A stretch of 64,000 nucleotides of DNA, from positions 29,175 through 93,174 of the forward strand of contig DASYRZ010000158.1 of NCBI GenBank assembly GCA_036003865.1, given 5' to 3'. Shown piece after piece: positions 42,830-50,952 of the stretch. Position 1 is the first letter of the stretch. Every line of letters begins with the position of its first letter. The stretch comes from Gemmatimonadales bacterium (lineage in GTDB: Bacteria; Gemmatimonadota; Gemmatimonadetes; Gemmatimonadales; GWC2-71-9). Below the pieces are notes generated by a model. It had not been told where the DNA came from. It saw nothing but the letters and a program-made list of their open reading frames with translations, and ran no database searches. The position numbers and the translations under genes were made by a program.

Positions 42830-44647
42830 GTGAGAGCGCTTCAAGTTGCCTTGGCTGTGACGATCGGTGTCGCGCTGCCGGCCCGCGCGCAACAGTTGGC
42901 TGCGCCGCAACAGCCGAGCGTGAGACTCCTCATCCTGCCGCTCATGTGGAGCTCGTCGGCCGACTCGGCCGGCGCGATCGCGGTGTCGGATGCCGTGCGT
43001 GATCGCGTGACGCAGCTGGTCCGCAGCAAAGTCCTGGTGGTTCCCAAAGCGAAGCTGTGCGAAGCGCTCGGGCAGTCGGGATTTGCGTGCAACGGGCTGC
43101 TCGACGAACAACAGGCTCGGCAGCTCGCGCGCTTCCTGCAAGTGCACGCGTACATCACCGGGTCGTATGCGAAGAGTGGCACGGCGCTGACCGCCGATGT
43201 CCAGATGATCGATATCTCCAGCTCCGGCATCGCCGGCCGTTTTACCGCGACGAACGGGAACCCGGGCACCGCGGCGGCGCTCGCCGAGAGCATCGCCCAG
43301 CGCGTCGCGACGACGGTGCGCATCAGCGAGGGCATCCGCAATTGCAATGAAGCGCGCCGGACGGGACAGTTTGGGCGCGCGCGCGCGGAGGCGCAGAAGG
43401 CCCTCGCCATCGACCCGAATTCCCCGGGCGCGTGGCTATGTATCGCCACGATTTACGAGGCGCAGCGGATGCCGCCCGACAGCATCATCGCGGCGTCACA
43501 GCGCGCGCTCAAGGGCGACTCCTGCAACGGCACGGCATGGGAAAAGATCGCCAGCGGCTATCAGCAAAAGGGTGACAGCGCGCAGGCCGCCGAGGCGTAC
43601 ATCAGCCAGCTCTGCGGTGAGCCACGCAACGTGCAGAAGCGGCTTCAGGTCGCGCAGCTGCTGCGACAAATGAAGAAAGCCGATCGCGCGGTGCAGGTGC
43701 TGAACACCGGACTCGAGCACGTGGCCGGCGATGCGCAGCTGCTCGAGATGAAGCTGACGATCTGCACCGAGGCCTCGAATTTCCGCTGCGCGCTCGATGT
43801 CTGGATTGCAAAGGCGGACCACGATACGGCGCTGTTCGGGGACACGACATTCCTCAAGCCCGCGCTCGGCGCCGCGCAGCAGGTCGGCGACACGCAGGCG
43901 CTGCTCAAGTTCACGAAGGGCGCGTATCAACACTTCCCCAACAACCCCGTCTACGTTCGGGCGCGCGCCGGAGCCTTCGAGCTGGCGGGCCACACCGACT
44001 CGGCGCTGGCGTATTACAAGAAGGCGCTCGCCATCGAGCCCAACGACGTAAACACGAGTCTGCTGATCGGCAAGGCGATCGTTGATCGGGCGCAATACGA
44101 CACGGCCGCCGCGCACCGCTTCGAGGCAGCCAAGGACACCGTCTCACTGAAGGCGCTGCGGGAGCAGTTCGCCGACCGGCTTGATTCCGCGCGGACGTAC
44201 CTCAACGCCGGCGTCATGTCGCGCGATTCCGGTATTCAGCTCAACGCCGCGGCGATCATGCGCAGTGCGGGCGAGAAACTGGTCCGCGCGAACGCGGGGG
44301 AGCGTGCGGTGCCGTGGGTCGACAAGACGCTGGAGCTGACGGGATTCGACCGCGCGACCCCGAGCGATACCGCGGGGGGACGAGCCGCAATCCGCCGGAA
44401 CGCCGCGTTCTGGTACGGGCTGGCATCAGTGGGGACGCTGTCCCGCGACTTTTCGATCATGGCCAAGTCGAAGAAGTGCGATCAGGCGAAGCTGTTCAAC
44501 GATCGCTTGGAGCGGGTCAAGCGGGCGCTGCAGCTGGGGCGCTCCGTGCATCCCCCAACCGTCGACAATCTGCTGGTCAACGTGTTGCCGAAGTTCGACC
44601 AGCCCATGGAGTCGGTGAAGCGCGCCTATAAGTGTCGCAACTTCTAG
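42830..44647 (+). CDS. secreted TPR protein with an LpoB/TolB-N-like N-terminal module
   Basis: GTG start after a GGAGG SD. Signal peptide MRALQVALAVTIGVALPARAQ. TPRs through the C-terminal two thirds. Confidence 0.7.
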   Translation: MRALQVALAVTIGVALPARAQQLAAPQQPSVRLLILPLMWSSSADSAGAIAVSDAVRDRVTQLVRSKVLVVPKAKLCEALGQSGFACNGLLDEQQARQLARFLQVHAYITGSYAKSGTALTADVQMIDISSSGIAGRFTATNGNPGTAAALAESIAQRVATTVRISEGIRNCNEARRTGQFGRARAEAQKALAIDPNSPGAWLCIATIYEAQRMPPDSIIAASQRALKGDSCNGTAWEKIASGYQQKGDSAQAAEAYISQLCGEPRNVQKRLQVAQLLRQMKKADRAVQVLNTGLEHVAGDAQLLEMKLTICTEASNFRCALDVWIAKADHDTALFGDTTFLKPALGAAQQVGDTQALLKFTKGAYQHFPNNPVYVRARAGAFELAGHTDSALAYYKKALAIEPNDVNTSLLIGKAIVDRAQYDTAAAHRFEAAKDTVSLKALREQFADRLDSARTYLNAGVMSRDSGIQLNAAAIMRSAGEKLVRANAGERAVPWVDKTLELTGFDRATPSDTAGGRAAIRRNAAFWYGLASVGTLSRDFSIMAKSKKCDQAKLFNDRLERVKRALQLGRSVHPPTVDNLLVNVLPKFDQPMESVKRAYKCRNF

Positions 44648-44653
44648 GCGCCG

Positions 44654-44682
44654 TTGAATTGACCTACCGGCGGGTCTATATT
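44654..44682 (+). promoter_or_regulatory. candidate sigma70-type promoter for tRNA-Asp (TTGAAT - 17 nt - TATATT)
   Basis: -35 at 44654-44659 and -10 at 44677-44682, about 22 nt upstream of the tRNA 5' end. Confidence 0.45.
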
Positions 44683-44704
44683 CCGGCGCTCCGTAAGGGG
44701 GCTT

Positions 44705-44778
44705 GGGGCTGTAGCTCAGCTGGTTAGAGTGCCGGTCTGTCACACCGGAGGTCGCGGGTTCGAGCCCCGTCAGCCCCG
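44705..44778 (+). tRNA. tRNA-Asp (anticodon GTC)
   Basis: 74 nt cloverleaf: acceptor GGGGCTG/CAGCCCC, anticodon arm CCGGT-CTGTCAC-ACCGG, T loop TTCGAGC. Confidence 0.88.
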
Positions 44779-44803
44779 CCTGAACGTCCCGATTCGTATC
44801 CCA

Positions 44804-44838
44804 CCCCCGCCCCTCGATGGCGGGGGTTTTCGTATTTT
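44804..44838 (+). terminator. rho-independent terminator after tRNA-Asp
   Basis: Stem CCCCCGCC / GGCGGGGG, loop CCTCGAT, followed by TTTTCGTATTTT. Confidence 0.6.
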
Positions 44839-45803
44839 GGAGGGTGCCCACGGCTGCCTCAGGCTCCCCCTCGATTTCCTACCACACGCCGGTTCTCGCC
44901 GCGCCCGTACGGGAGTGGGCGCGCGGCAGCCACCGCGCCGTCGACGGCACGCTCGGCGGCGGCGGTCATGCGGCGATCCTGCGGGAGGCCGGGGCAACGG
45001 TCCTCGGCATCGATCGAGACCCTGATGCGATCACCGCCTCTCGCGAGCGGCTCGGGTCGAGCGCCATGCAATACCTCGAGGCATCCTTTGCCGCCCCTGC
45101 CGCCCTTGCTGCCATTCAAGGATTTCAGCCCGACCGCATTCTGCTCGACCTCGGCGTCAGCTCGCATCAAATCGATTCGCTGGAGCGAGGTTTTACATTC
45201 CGCCCAGGCGCGCCGCTCGATATGCGGATGGGTGGAGGTGGGACGGGGGAAAGGGGAAGGGGGCTGAGCGCCCGAGACGTGCTGAATACGTGGCCCGTGG
45301 AGCGCCTCGGCGCGGTATTCACCGAATACGCCGACGAACGGCGGGGACGTGCGCTTGCGAGAGAAATCATCCGACGCAGACTGTCCGCTCCATTTGCCAT
45401 CAGTGATGACTTCGTCAACGCGATCCGCGCCGTGCTCGGTCCCCGCTCGGGGCCGCCCGATTTCGCGCGACTGTTCCAGGCCCTTCGTATTGCCGTGAAC
45501 GAGGAGCTCGAGGTACTCGCCGCGGCGTTGCCCGCCTTCAGGGATGCCCTGGTCCCCGGTGGTCGGCTAGGCGTCATCACCTACCATTCCGGCGAAGACC
45601 GCATCGTGAAGCACGCCTTTCGGGAATGGAGCCGCGACTGCATCTGTCCGCCGCGCCAGCCGATCTGCACCTGCCGGGGGCGGGCCCTGGGTCGCGTGCT
45701 GACGAAGAAGCCGATCGTTCCCGAGCCGGGCGAAATCGCGTCCAATCCGCGCGCCCGCTCGGCGCAGTTCCGCGTATTCGAGAAGGCTCCGGGTGACGTT
45801 TAG
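44817..45803 (+). CDS. rsmH: 16S rRNA (cytosine1402-N4)-methyltransferase
   Basis: YHTPVL and DGTLGGGGH motifs. ATG 44817 lies inside the terminator stem, so GTG 44844 is an alternative start. Confidence 0.88.
   Translation: MAGVFVFWRVPTAASGSPSISYHTPVLAAPVREWARGSHRAVDGTLGGGGHAAILREAGATVLGIDRDPDAITASRERLGSSAMQYLEASFAAPAALAAIQGFQPDRILLDLGVSSHQIDSLERGFTFRPGAPLDMRMGGGGTGERGRGLSARDVLNTWPVERLGAVFTEYADERRGRALAREIIRRRLSAPFAISDDFVNAIRAVLGPRSGPPDFARLFQALRIAVNEELEVLAAALPAFRDALVPGGRLGVITYHSGEDRIVKHAFREWSRDCICPPRQPICTCRGRALGRVLTKKPIVPEPGEIASNPRARSAQFRVFEKAPGDV
45231..45265 (+). repeat. G-rich degenerate heptamer array (canonical G-quadruplex motif) inside rsmH
   Basis: ggtggag gtgggac gggggaa aggggaa gggggct, encoding GGGGTGERGRG after the LDMRM motif. 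Confidence 0.8.
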
Positions 45804-46119
45804 AGGCCGGCACTGGATCGCCATCTGGCTCGTCGCGCTCCTCGCGGCGCTCTGGGCCGTGATCGCCCGGCAGACCGCCGCGCTCAACTCGGCCCGCGCG
45901 CTCGCGGACCTGCGAGCGGAGCGCGCCTCGCTGGAGGGGCGTCGCGCCGAGCTCGAGCGCCGAGTGCGGACGGCGCAGAGCCGGTCGGTCTTGCTGCCGC
46001 GCGCCCGAAAGCTGGGACTCCGGTTGCCCGCTGATACAGAAATCATCTTGATTCCAGCTCCCTCAGCACCTCCACTGTCCTCCACCAACCTCCACCAGCC
46101 TCCAGAACGGCCTCATTGA
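45793..46119 (+). CDS. ftsL: FtsL-like cell division protein
   Basis: 108 aa; single TM segment (WIAIWLVALLAALWAVI) then a coiled coil; position between rsmH and ftsI. Confidence 0.65.
   Translation: MTFRGRHWIAIWLVALLAALWAVIARQTAALNSARALADLRAERASLEGRRAELERRVRTAQSRSVLLPRARKLGLRLPADTEIILIPAPSAPPLSSTNLHQPPERPH
46069..46108 (+). repeat. 4x decamer CCTCCACNNN tandem repeat at the ftsL 3' end
   Basis: cctccactgt cctccaccaa cctccaccag cctccagaac. Confidence 0.8.
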
Positions 46120-48104
46120 TGGCCAAGCCTCTCGTCCGGCTGCGCGTCGTGGAAATCGGTCTCGGCACCGCCTTGCTCGCGCTGGTGCTGCGGGCCGGGC
46201 AGGTGCAGCTGCTGGAGGGACGCAAATACGCCGCCGCCGCAAAGGCGCAGCGCACCGAGCACGTCGTGCTCGAGGCCCGCCGCGGGACGCTGTTCGACCG
46301 CCACGGTCTCGGGCTGGCGCTCACACAGGAGACCTATCACGTCGGGGTCGCCCCCAATGAGCTGCGCGACCCGACACGCGACGCCGCGGCGATCGCGCGG
46401 CAGCTGCGGCTCGCCCCGCGCGATGTGGAGCGCGGCCTGCGCCGCCGCTACGCCTGGTTCGCGGGCCCGTTCACCACCGCGGAAGTGCAGCCGCTGCGCG
46501 CGATGCGCGGCATCCATCTCGAGCCCGTGCTGCGGCGTTTCTATCCATCGTCAGAATTCGCGCGGGCGGTAATAGGGAGGGTGGGGGACGATGGTCGAGG
46601 AGGTGGAGGTGGTGGAGGCGGATTGGAGCGACTGCTCGACAGCTTGCTCGCCGGGACCCCCGGCGCAGCCGTCGTCCTCAAGGACCGCGAAGGGCGGGAG
46701 TACGAATCGCCAGCGCGCGTGATCGCCGAGCCGGTGGCCGGCAACGACATCGTCCTCACGCTCGATGCCGAGCTGCAGGAGATCGCGCAGCGTGCCCTCG
46801 ATGACGCGATCGACAACATGCAGGCGGACGGCGGCGACGTCGTGATGCTCGATCCGGCGACGGGCGAGGTCCTCGCGGTGGCGTCCCGCCGCGCCGATGG
46901 CAGTATGCGACCCAGCGCGTTTACCGAAACCTTCGAGCCGGGGTCGCTCGCCAAGATCTTTGCCGCGGCGGCGCTCATCACGTTCGATCGAATACGGCCG
47001 GGTGAGCGCGTTTCAGGCGAGGGGGGGCGTTACCGGCTGCCCGATCGGGTCGTCACGGATGAGCACCCGATGCCTTCGCTGACCCTGGCGGACGCAATCC
47101 GCGTGTCGAGCAACATCGCCCTGGTGAAATTCTCGGCGCGGCTGCGTCCCGAGGAACAGTACGACGTGCTCCGGGCGTTCGGCTTCGGCTCGCCGACCGG
47201 CGTCGAGTTTCCGGCGGAATCGCCAGGGCGGCTGCGGCCGCCGCGCGAGTGGTCGCGACCCAGCTCCGCGAGTCTCGCGATCGGATACGAGCTGGCCGTC
47301 ACACCGATGCAGCTGGCCGCGGCATACGGCGCCATCGCGAACGACGGCGTCCTGCTCGAGCCCACGCTGATTCGCGAGATTCGAGCGCCCAACGGCGCGG
47401 TGCGCTACCGCCATCATCCCCAGCCGGTCCGGAGAGTCGTGACGCCCGCTGTGGCCGCCAAGCTGCGCGATCTGCTGCGCGGGGTGGTCGCGGCCGGCGG
47501 TACGGCGGAGAAAGCGGCGCTGGCCAATTTTCAGCTCGCTGCCAAGACCGGGACCGCGCGGCGCGTGGTCGGCGGGCGCTACGCCGCGGGCCAGTACACC
47601 GCGTCGTTTGCGGCGCTGTTTCCCGCCGATGCGCCCCAGCTCGTGGTCGTGATGAAGATCGACAATCCCCAGAAGGGCAGTTACTTCGCGGCACAGACCG
47701 CCGCGCCGGTGACCCGCTCGATGCTCGAGCAGGCGCTTGCCGCGCGCACCGTCGCGCTCGATCGGGCGCGCCTCTCCAACGTCGCGACCACGACCGATCG
47801 TGCGCCGCTCGATGAGCCGGATGGGGTCGTGCCCTATGTCGTCCCATGGCCCTATGTCCCGGACACCGCCGCGACGCAACCCGACCGCACCGTCCCCAAT
47901 GTGACGAATCGCCCGCTGCGAGAAGCCGTCCGCACGCTGCACGCCCGCGGCTTCCACGTCGTGGTCAAGGGATCGGGTGTCATTCACCACACCTGGCCGG
48001 CCGCCGGTGAGCGACGGCCGCCGGGCACGACCGTCACCGTGTTCGCCGACCCCCCCCCTCCCCCTCCCCCTCCCCCTCCCCCGGCTTCCGCATCGAAGCA
48101 ATGA
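46119..48104 (+). CDS. ftsI: penicillin-binding protein FtsI (PBP3-type transpeptidase) with PASTA-like C-terminus and poly-Pro tail
   Basis: SxxK (GSLAKIF), SSN, KTGTA motifs. ATG 46119 in a TGATG overlap (the ORF track starts at TTG 46116). Confidence 0.92.
   Translation: MAKPLVRLRVVEIGLGTALLALVLRAGQVQLLEGRKYAAAAKAQRTEHVVLEARRGTLFDRHGLGLALTQETYHVGVAPNELRDPTRDAAAIARQLRLAPRDVERGLRRRYAWFAGPFTTAEVQPLRAMRGIHLEPVLRRFYPSSEFARAVIGRVGDDGRGGGGGGGGLERLLDSLLAGTPGAAVVLKDREGREYESPARVIAEPVAGNDIVLTLDAELQEIAQRALDDAIDNMQADGGDVVMLDPATGEVLAVASRRADGSMRPSAFTETFEPGSLAKIFAAAALITFDRIRPGERVSGEGGRYRLPDRVVTDEHPMPSLTLADAIRVSSNIALVKFSARLRPEEQYDVLRAFGFGSPTGVEFPAESPGRLRPPREWSRPSSASLAIGYELAVTPMQLAAAYGAIANDGVLLEPTLIREIRAPNGAVRYRHHPQPVRRVVTPAVAAKLRDLLRGVVAAGGTAEKAALANFQLAAKTGTARRVVGGRYAAGQYTASFAALFPADAPQLVVVMKIDNPQKGSYFAAQTAAPVTRSMLEQALAARTVALDRARLSNVATTTDRAPLDEPDGVVPYVVPWPYVPDTAATQPDRTVPNVTNRPLREAVRTLHARGFHVVVKGSGVIHHTWPAAGERRPPGTTVTVFADPPPPPPPPPPPASASKQ
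48050..48082 (+). repeat. C-rich hexamer (CCCCCT)n tract encoding a poly-proline tail
   Basis: T residues at 48059, 48065, 48071 and 48077 within a C run. Encodes 11-12 consecutive Pro. Confidence 0.9.
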
Positions 48105-49576
48105 GCAGATCGCTACAAGAGGTTGTCGATGCGCTGGCGCGCGCCGGCGTCCTGGTCGACCCACCCGATCCGACGGCCGGCCCGCTGCCGCCGATCACGG
48201 GGCTCACCGCCGATGAGCGGCGGCTCGAGCGCGGCATGCTCTTTTGTGCCGTGCGCGGCGCGGTGTTGGACGGCCACAACTTCGTCGCCGCTGCCGCGGC
48301 GCGTGGCGCCGCCGCGGCGCTGGTCGAGTCGCGCCAGGCCGTCGCAATCCCGCAGATTCTGGTCCGCAACGGGCGGCGTGCCGCGGCCATCGCCGCCGAG
48401 GCGTGGTATCGCCGGCCGGCGGCTCGGCTGCAGCTGATCGGCGTCACCGGCACGAACGGCAAGACCACCTCGGTCATCCTCTCCCGCCACGTGCTGAGCG
48501 CGCTCTGGCCCATGGGCGCGATCGGCACGCTCGGTGCCTACGACCCGGCGGGCGCGTCCGTCGAAAGTGAGGCGGGAAATCTCACGACCCCGGGTCCGAT
48601 CGACCTGCAGGCGACGCTTGCCGCCATGGTCGAACGCGGCGCCGGCGGCGTCGCGATGGAGGTTTCTTCGCACAGTCTCGACCAGGGCCGCGTGGATGGA
48701 CTCCTGTTTCGGGCGGCGATTTTCACCAACCTCACGCGCGATCACCTCGATTATCACGAGACATTCGACGCCTATTTCGCCGCCAAAGCCAGACTCGTCG
48801 GGTACCTGGCGGACGCGGGCCTGGCCGTGATCAACGCGGACGACGCCGCCTGGGCCCGCCTGCCGCAGACGCCGCGCCGCATCACGTTCTCCGCGACCAC
48901 TCAGCCGGCCGACGTCACCGCCCGCGACGTGCGAGTCGACGCCAAGGGCGCGCGCTTCACCCTGGTGACGACGCGGGGAAGCCAGCCGGTCGCGCTGCCC
49001 CTGCTCGGACGATTCAACATCGCCAATGCGCTGGGTGTGGCGGCGTGCGCCGTGGGACTGAACGTGGACCCGCGGGTCGTGGCCGAGCGCCTCTCGACCG
49101 CGCCGCAGGTCCCGGGGCGCATGGAGCGGATCGCCGTCGATCCGTGTGTCGTGCTGCGCGATTACGCCCACACGCCCGACGCGTTGGAACGTGCCCTGGA
49201 GACGGTACGAGAAGTCACCTCCGCGGCGGGAAGGGTCATCCTCGTGTTCGGGGCGGGCGGTGACCGCGACCGCGGCAAACGCGCGCCGATGGGCGAGATC
49301 GCGGTGCGGCTCGCCGATATCGCGATTGCGACATCGGATAATCCGCGCACCGAGGACCCCGAACACATTCTGGACGATGTGGAAGCGGGGATGACCGGGC
49401 GACAGCACTATCGCGTGGTGGATCGGCGCGCCGCGATCGGGCAGGCGCTCGAGCTGGCGCGCCAGGGCGACACCATCCTCCTCGCGGGGAAGGGCCACGA
49501 GACGTATCAGATCGTGGGCACGACGAAGGAACCGTTTGACGAGCGCGAGGTCGTGCGCAGCCTGGGAGCGAACTAA
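48101..49576 (+). CDS. murE: UDP-MurNAc-L-Ala-D-Glu:meso-DAP ligase
   Basis: GVTGTNGKTT P-loop and the DNPR motif (TSDNPRTEDP). Confidence 0.95.
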   Translation: MSRSLQEVVDALARAGVLVDPPDPTAGPLPPITGLTADERRLERGMLFCAVRGAVLDGHNFVAAAAARGAAAALVESRQAVAIPQILVRNGRRAAAIAAEAWYRRPAARLQLIGVTGTNGKTTSVILSRHVLSALWPMGAIGTLGAYDPAGASVESEAGNLTTPGPIDLQATLAAMVERGAGGVAMEVSSHSLDQGRVDGLLFRAAIFTNLTRDHLDYHETFDAYFAAKARLVGYLADAGLAVINADDAAWARLPQTPRRITFSATTQPADVTARDVRVDAKGARFTLVTTRGSQPVALPLLGRFNIANALGVAACAVGLNVDPRVVAERLSTAPQVPGRMERIAVDPCVVLRDYAHTPDALERALETVREVTSAAGRVILVFGAGGDRDRGKRAPMGEIAVRLADIAIATSDNPRTEDPEHILDDVEAGMTGRQHYRVVDRRAAIGQALELARQGDTILLAGKGHETYQIVGTTKEPFDEREVVRSLGAN

Positions 49577-50952
49577 TGGGAGGACGGACTGACGGCCTGA
49601 CGGCCGGACGGCCTTGGACGAGTGACGAAGTTGCTGCCGCGCTCGGCGTGCCCGCTCCCGCGAGACTCACGTTCAAGTCCATCACTACCGATAGCCGACA
49701 GCCGATAGCCGATAGCCTGTTTGTTGCGCTCAAAGGCGACAGGTTCGACGCCCACGACTTCCTCGACAAAGCCAGGGCGGGGGGTGCGACGGCCGCCGTC
49801 GTGCGGCGCGGCACGCCCACGGTGGCCGGACTCTCATTCTTCGACGTCGAGGACACGCTCGCGGCGCTCGGCCTGCTGGCGCGCGCGCGCCGCCGCATGC
49901 TACCCGAGGGCACGCCGGTCGTGGCCATTACCGGGTCGAGCGGCAAGACGAGCACCAAGGAAATGGTCCGGGCGGCGCTCAGCGCGCGCTACCGCGTCCA
50001 CGCCACGTCGGCCAACCTCAACAATCTCATTGGCGTCCCGCTCACGATTCTGAGCGCGCCGGAGGATACCGAGGCGTTAGTGGTGGAGGCGGGCGCCAGT
50101 GTGCCGGGTGAGATCGCGCGCCTGCGCGACATCATCGAGCCTACGATCGCCGTAATCACGAACATCGGCTACGCGCACGTCGAAGGCTTCGGGTCGCTGG
50201 AACGGGTGATGGCGGAGAAGCTGTCGCTGCTGGACGGCGCGCCGGTGGCGGTCCTCGGCTCCGGGCCGGAGGTGATGTGGCCCGAGGCCCGGCGCCGCAC
50301 GCAGGTCATCCCGGCCGCGCTGGCGGGGAAGAGCGGCGACGACGCCTTGCTCGATCGCTACCTCGACAAGGACGGGCACCCCCGGTTGGCGCTCGATACT
50401 GGGGAGAAGGTCACGCTGCCGGCGCTCGGCATCCACCAGCTCGAGAACGCCCAGATCGCCCTCGCCGTGGCGCAGCGGGCCGGCGTGGACCACGATGCGG
50501 CGGTGCGCGCGCTCGCCGGCATCCACCTCCCGGCGGGCCGCGGCGACGTGCGCGAGGTCGGCAACATGGTCGTGATCGACGATACCTACAACGCCAACCC
50601 GTCGTCGCTGCGCCGGGCGGTGCAGACGGGGGCCTGGCTGGCTAAGCGGCAGCGGCGGCCGTTCGTGGTGGTGGTCGGCACGATGTTGGAGTTGGGGCCG
50701 GAAAGTGCAAGATTGCACGCCGAAGCGGCGCGCGAAATCGCCCAGCGCAAGCCCGCGCTCGTGGCGGCGGTCGGAACGTTTGCGCGGGTGTTCGAGTCGC
50801 TGCGCGAGGCGCTGGGCGGGCGACTGATCACCGCGTCCGATCCGGAAGCCCTCGGGCCAAAGTTGCGGTCCGCGCTGCGCGGCAACGAGCTCGTGTTACT
50901 CAAAGCGTCACGTGGAGTGGCCTTGGAACGTGTCCTCAACTATCTGACCTGA
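49576..50952 (+). CDS. murF: UDP-MurNAc-tripeptide:D-Ala-D-Ala ligase
   Basis: ITGSSGKTSTKEM P-loop and TDSR motif; TAATG overlap with murE. Confidence 0.93.
   Translation: MGGRTDGLTAGRPWTSDEVAAALGVPAPARLTFKSITTDSRQPIADSLFVALKGDRFDAHDFLDKARAGGATAAVVRRGTPTVAGLSFFDVEDTLAALGLLARARRRMLPEGTPVVAITGSSGKTSTKEMVRAALSARYRVHATSANLNNLIGVPLTILSAPEDTEALVVEAGASVPGEIARLRDIIEPTIAVITNIGYAHVEGFGSLERVMAEKLSLLDGAPVAVLGSGPEVMWPEARRRTQVIPAALAGKSGDDALLDRYLDKDGHPRLALDTGEKVTLPALGIHQLENAQIALAVAQRAGVDHDAAVRALAGIHLPAGRGDVREVGNMVVIDDTYNANPSSLRRAVQTGAWLAKRQRRPFVVVVGTMLELGPESARLHAEAAREIAQRKPALVAAVGTFARVFESLREALGGRLITASDPEALGPKLRSALRGNELVLLKASRGVALERVLNYLT
49583..49614 (+). repeat. 4x octamer GACGGCCN tandem repeat at the murF 5' end
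   Basis: gacggact gacggcct gacggccg gacggcct. Confidence 0.8.
49688..49715 (+). repeat. 4x heptamer CCGATAG tandem repeat inside murF
   Basis: ccgatag ccgacag ccgatag ccgatag, covering the TDSRQPIADS codons. Confidence 0.8.

Noticed and set aside
44426-44851. Minus-strand ORF containing GLEPATSGVTDRHSNQLSYSP
   Set aside because: It is the antisense translation of tRNA-Asp, a classic artefact.
48050-48082. Poly-C tract as an assembly artefact or frameshift site disrupting ftsI
   Set aside because: The reading frame continues cleanly to a stop that overlaps the murE ATG in the usual coupled arrangement, so I treat the tract as real. Read-level checking is still advisable.
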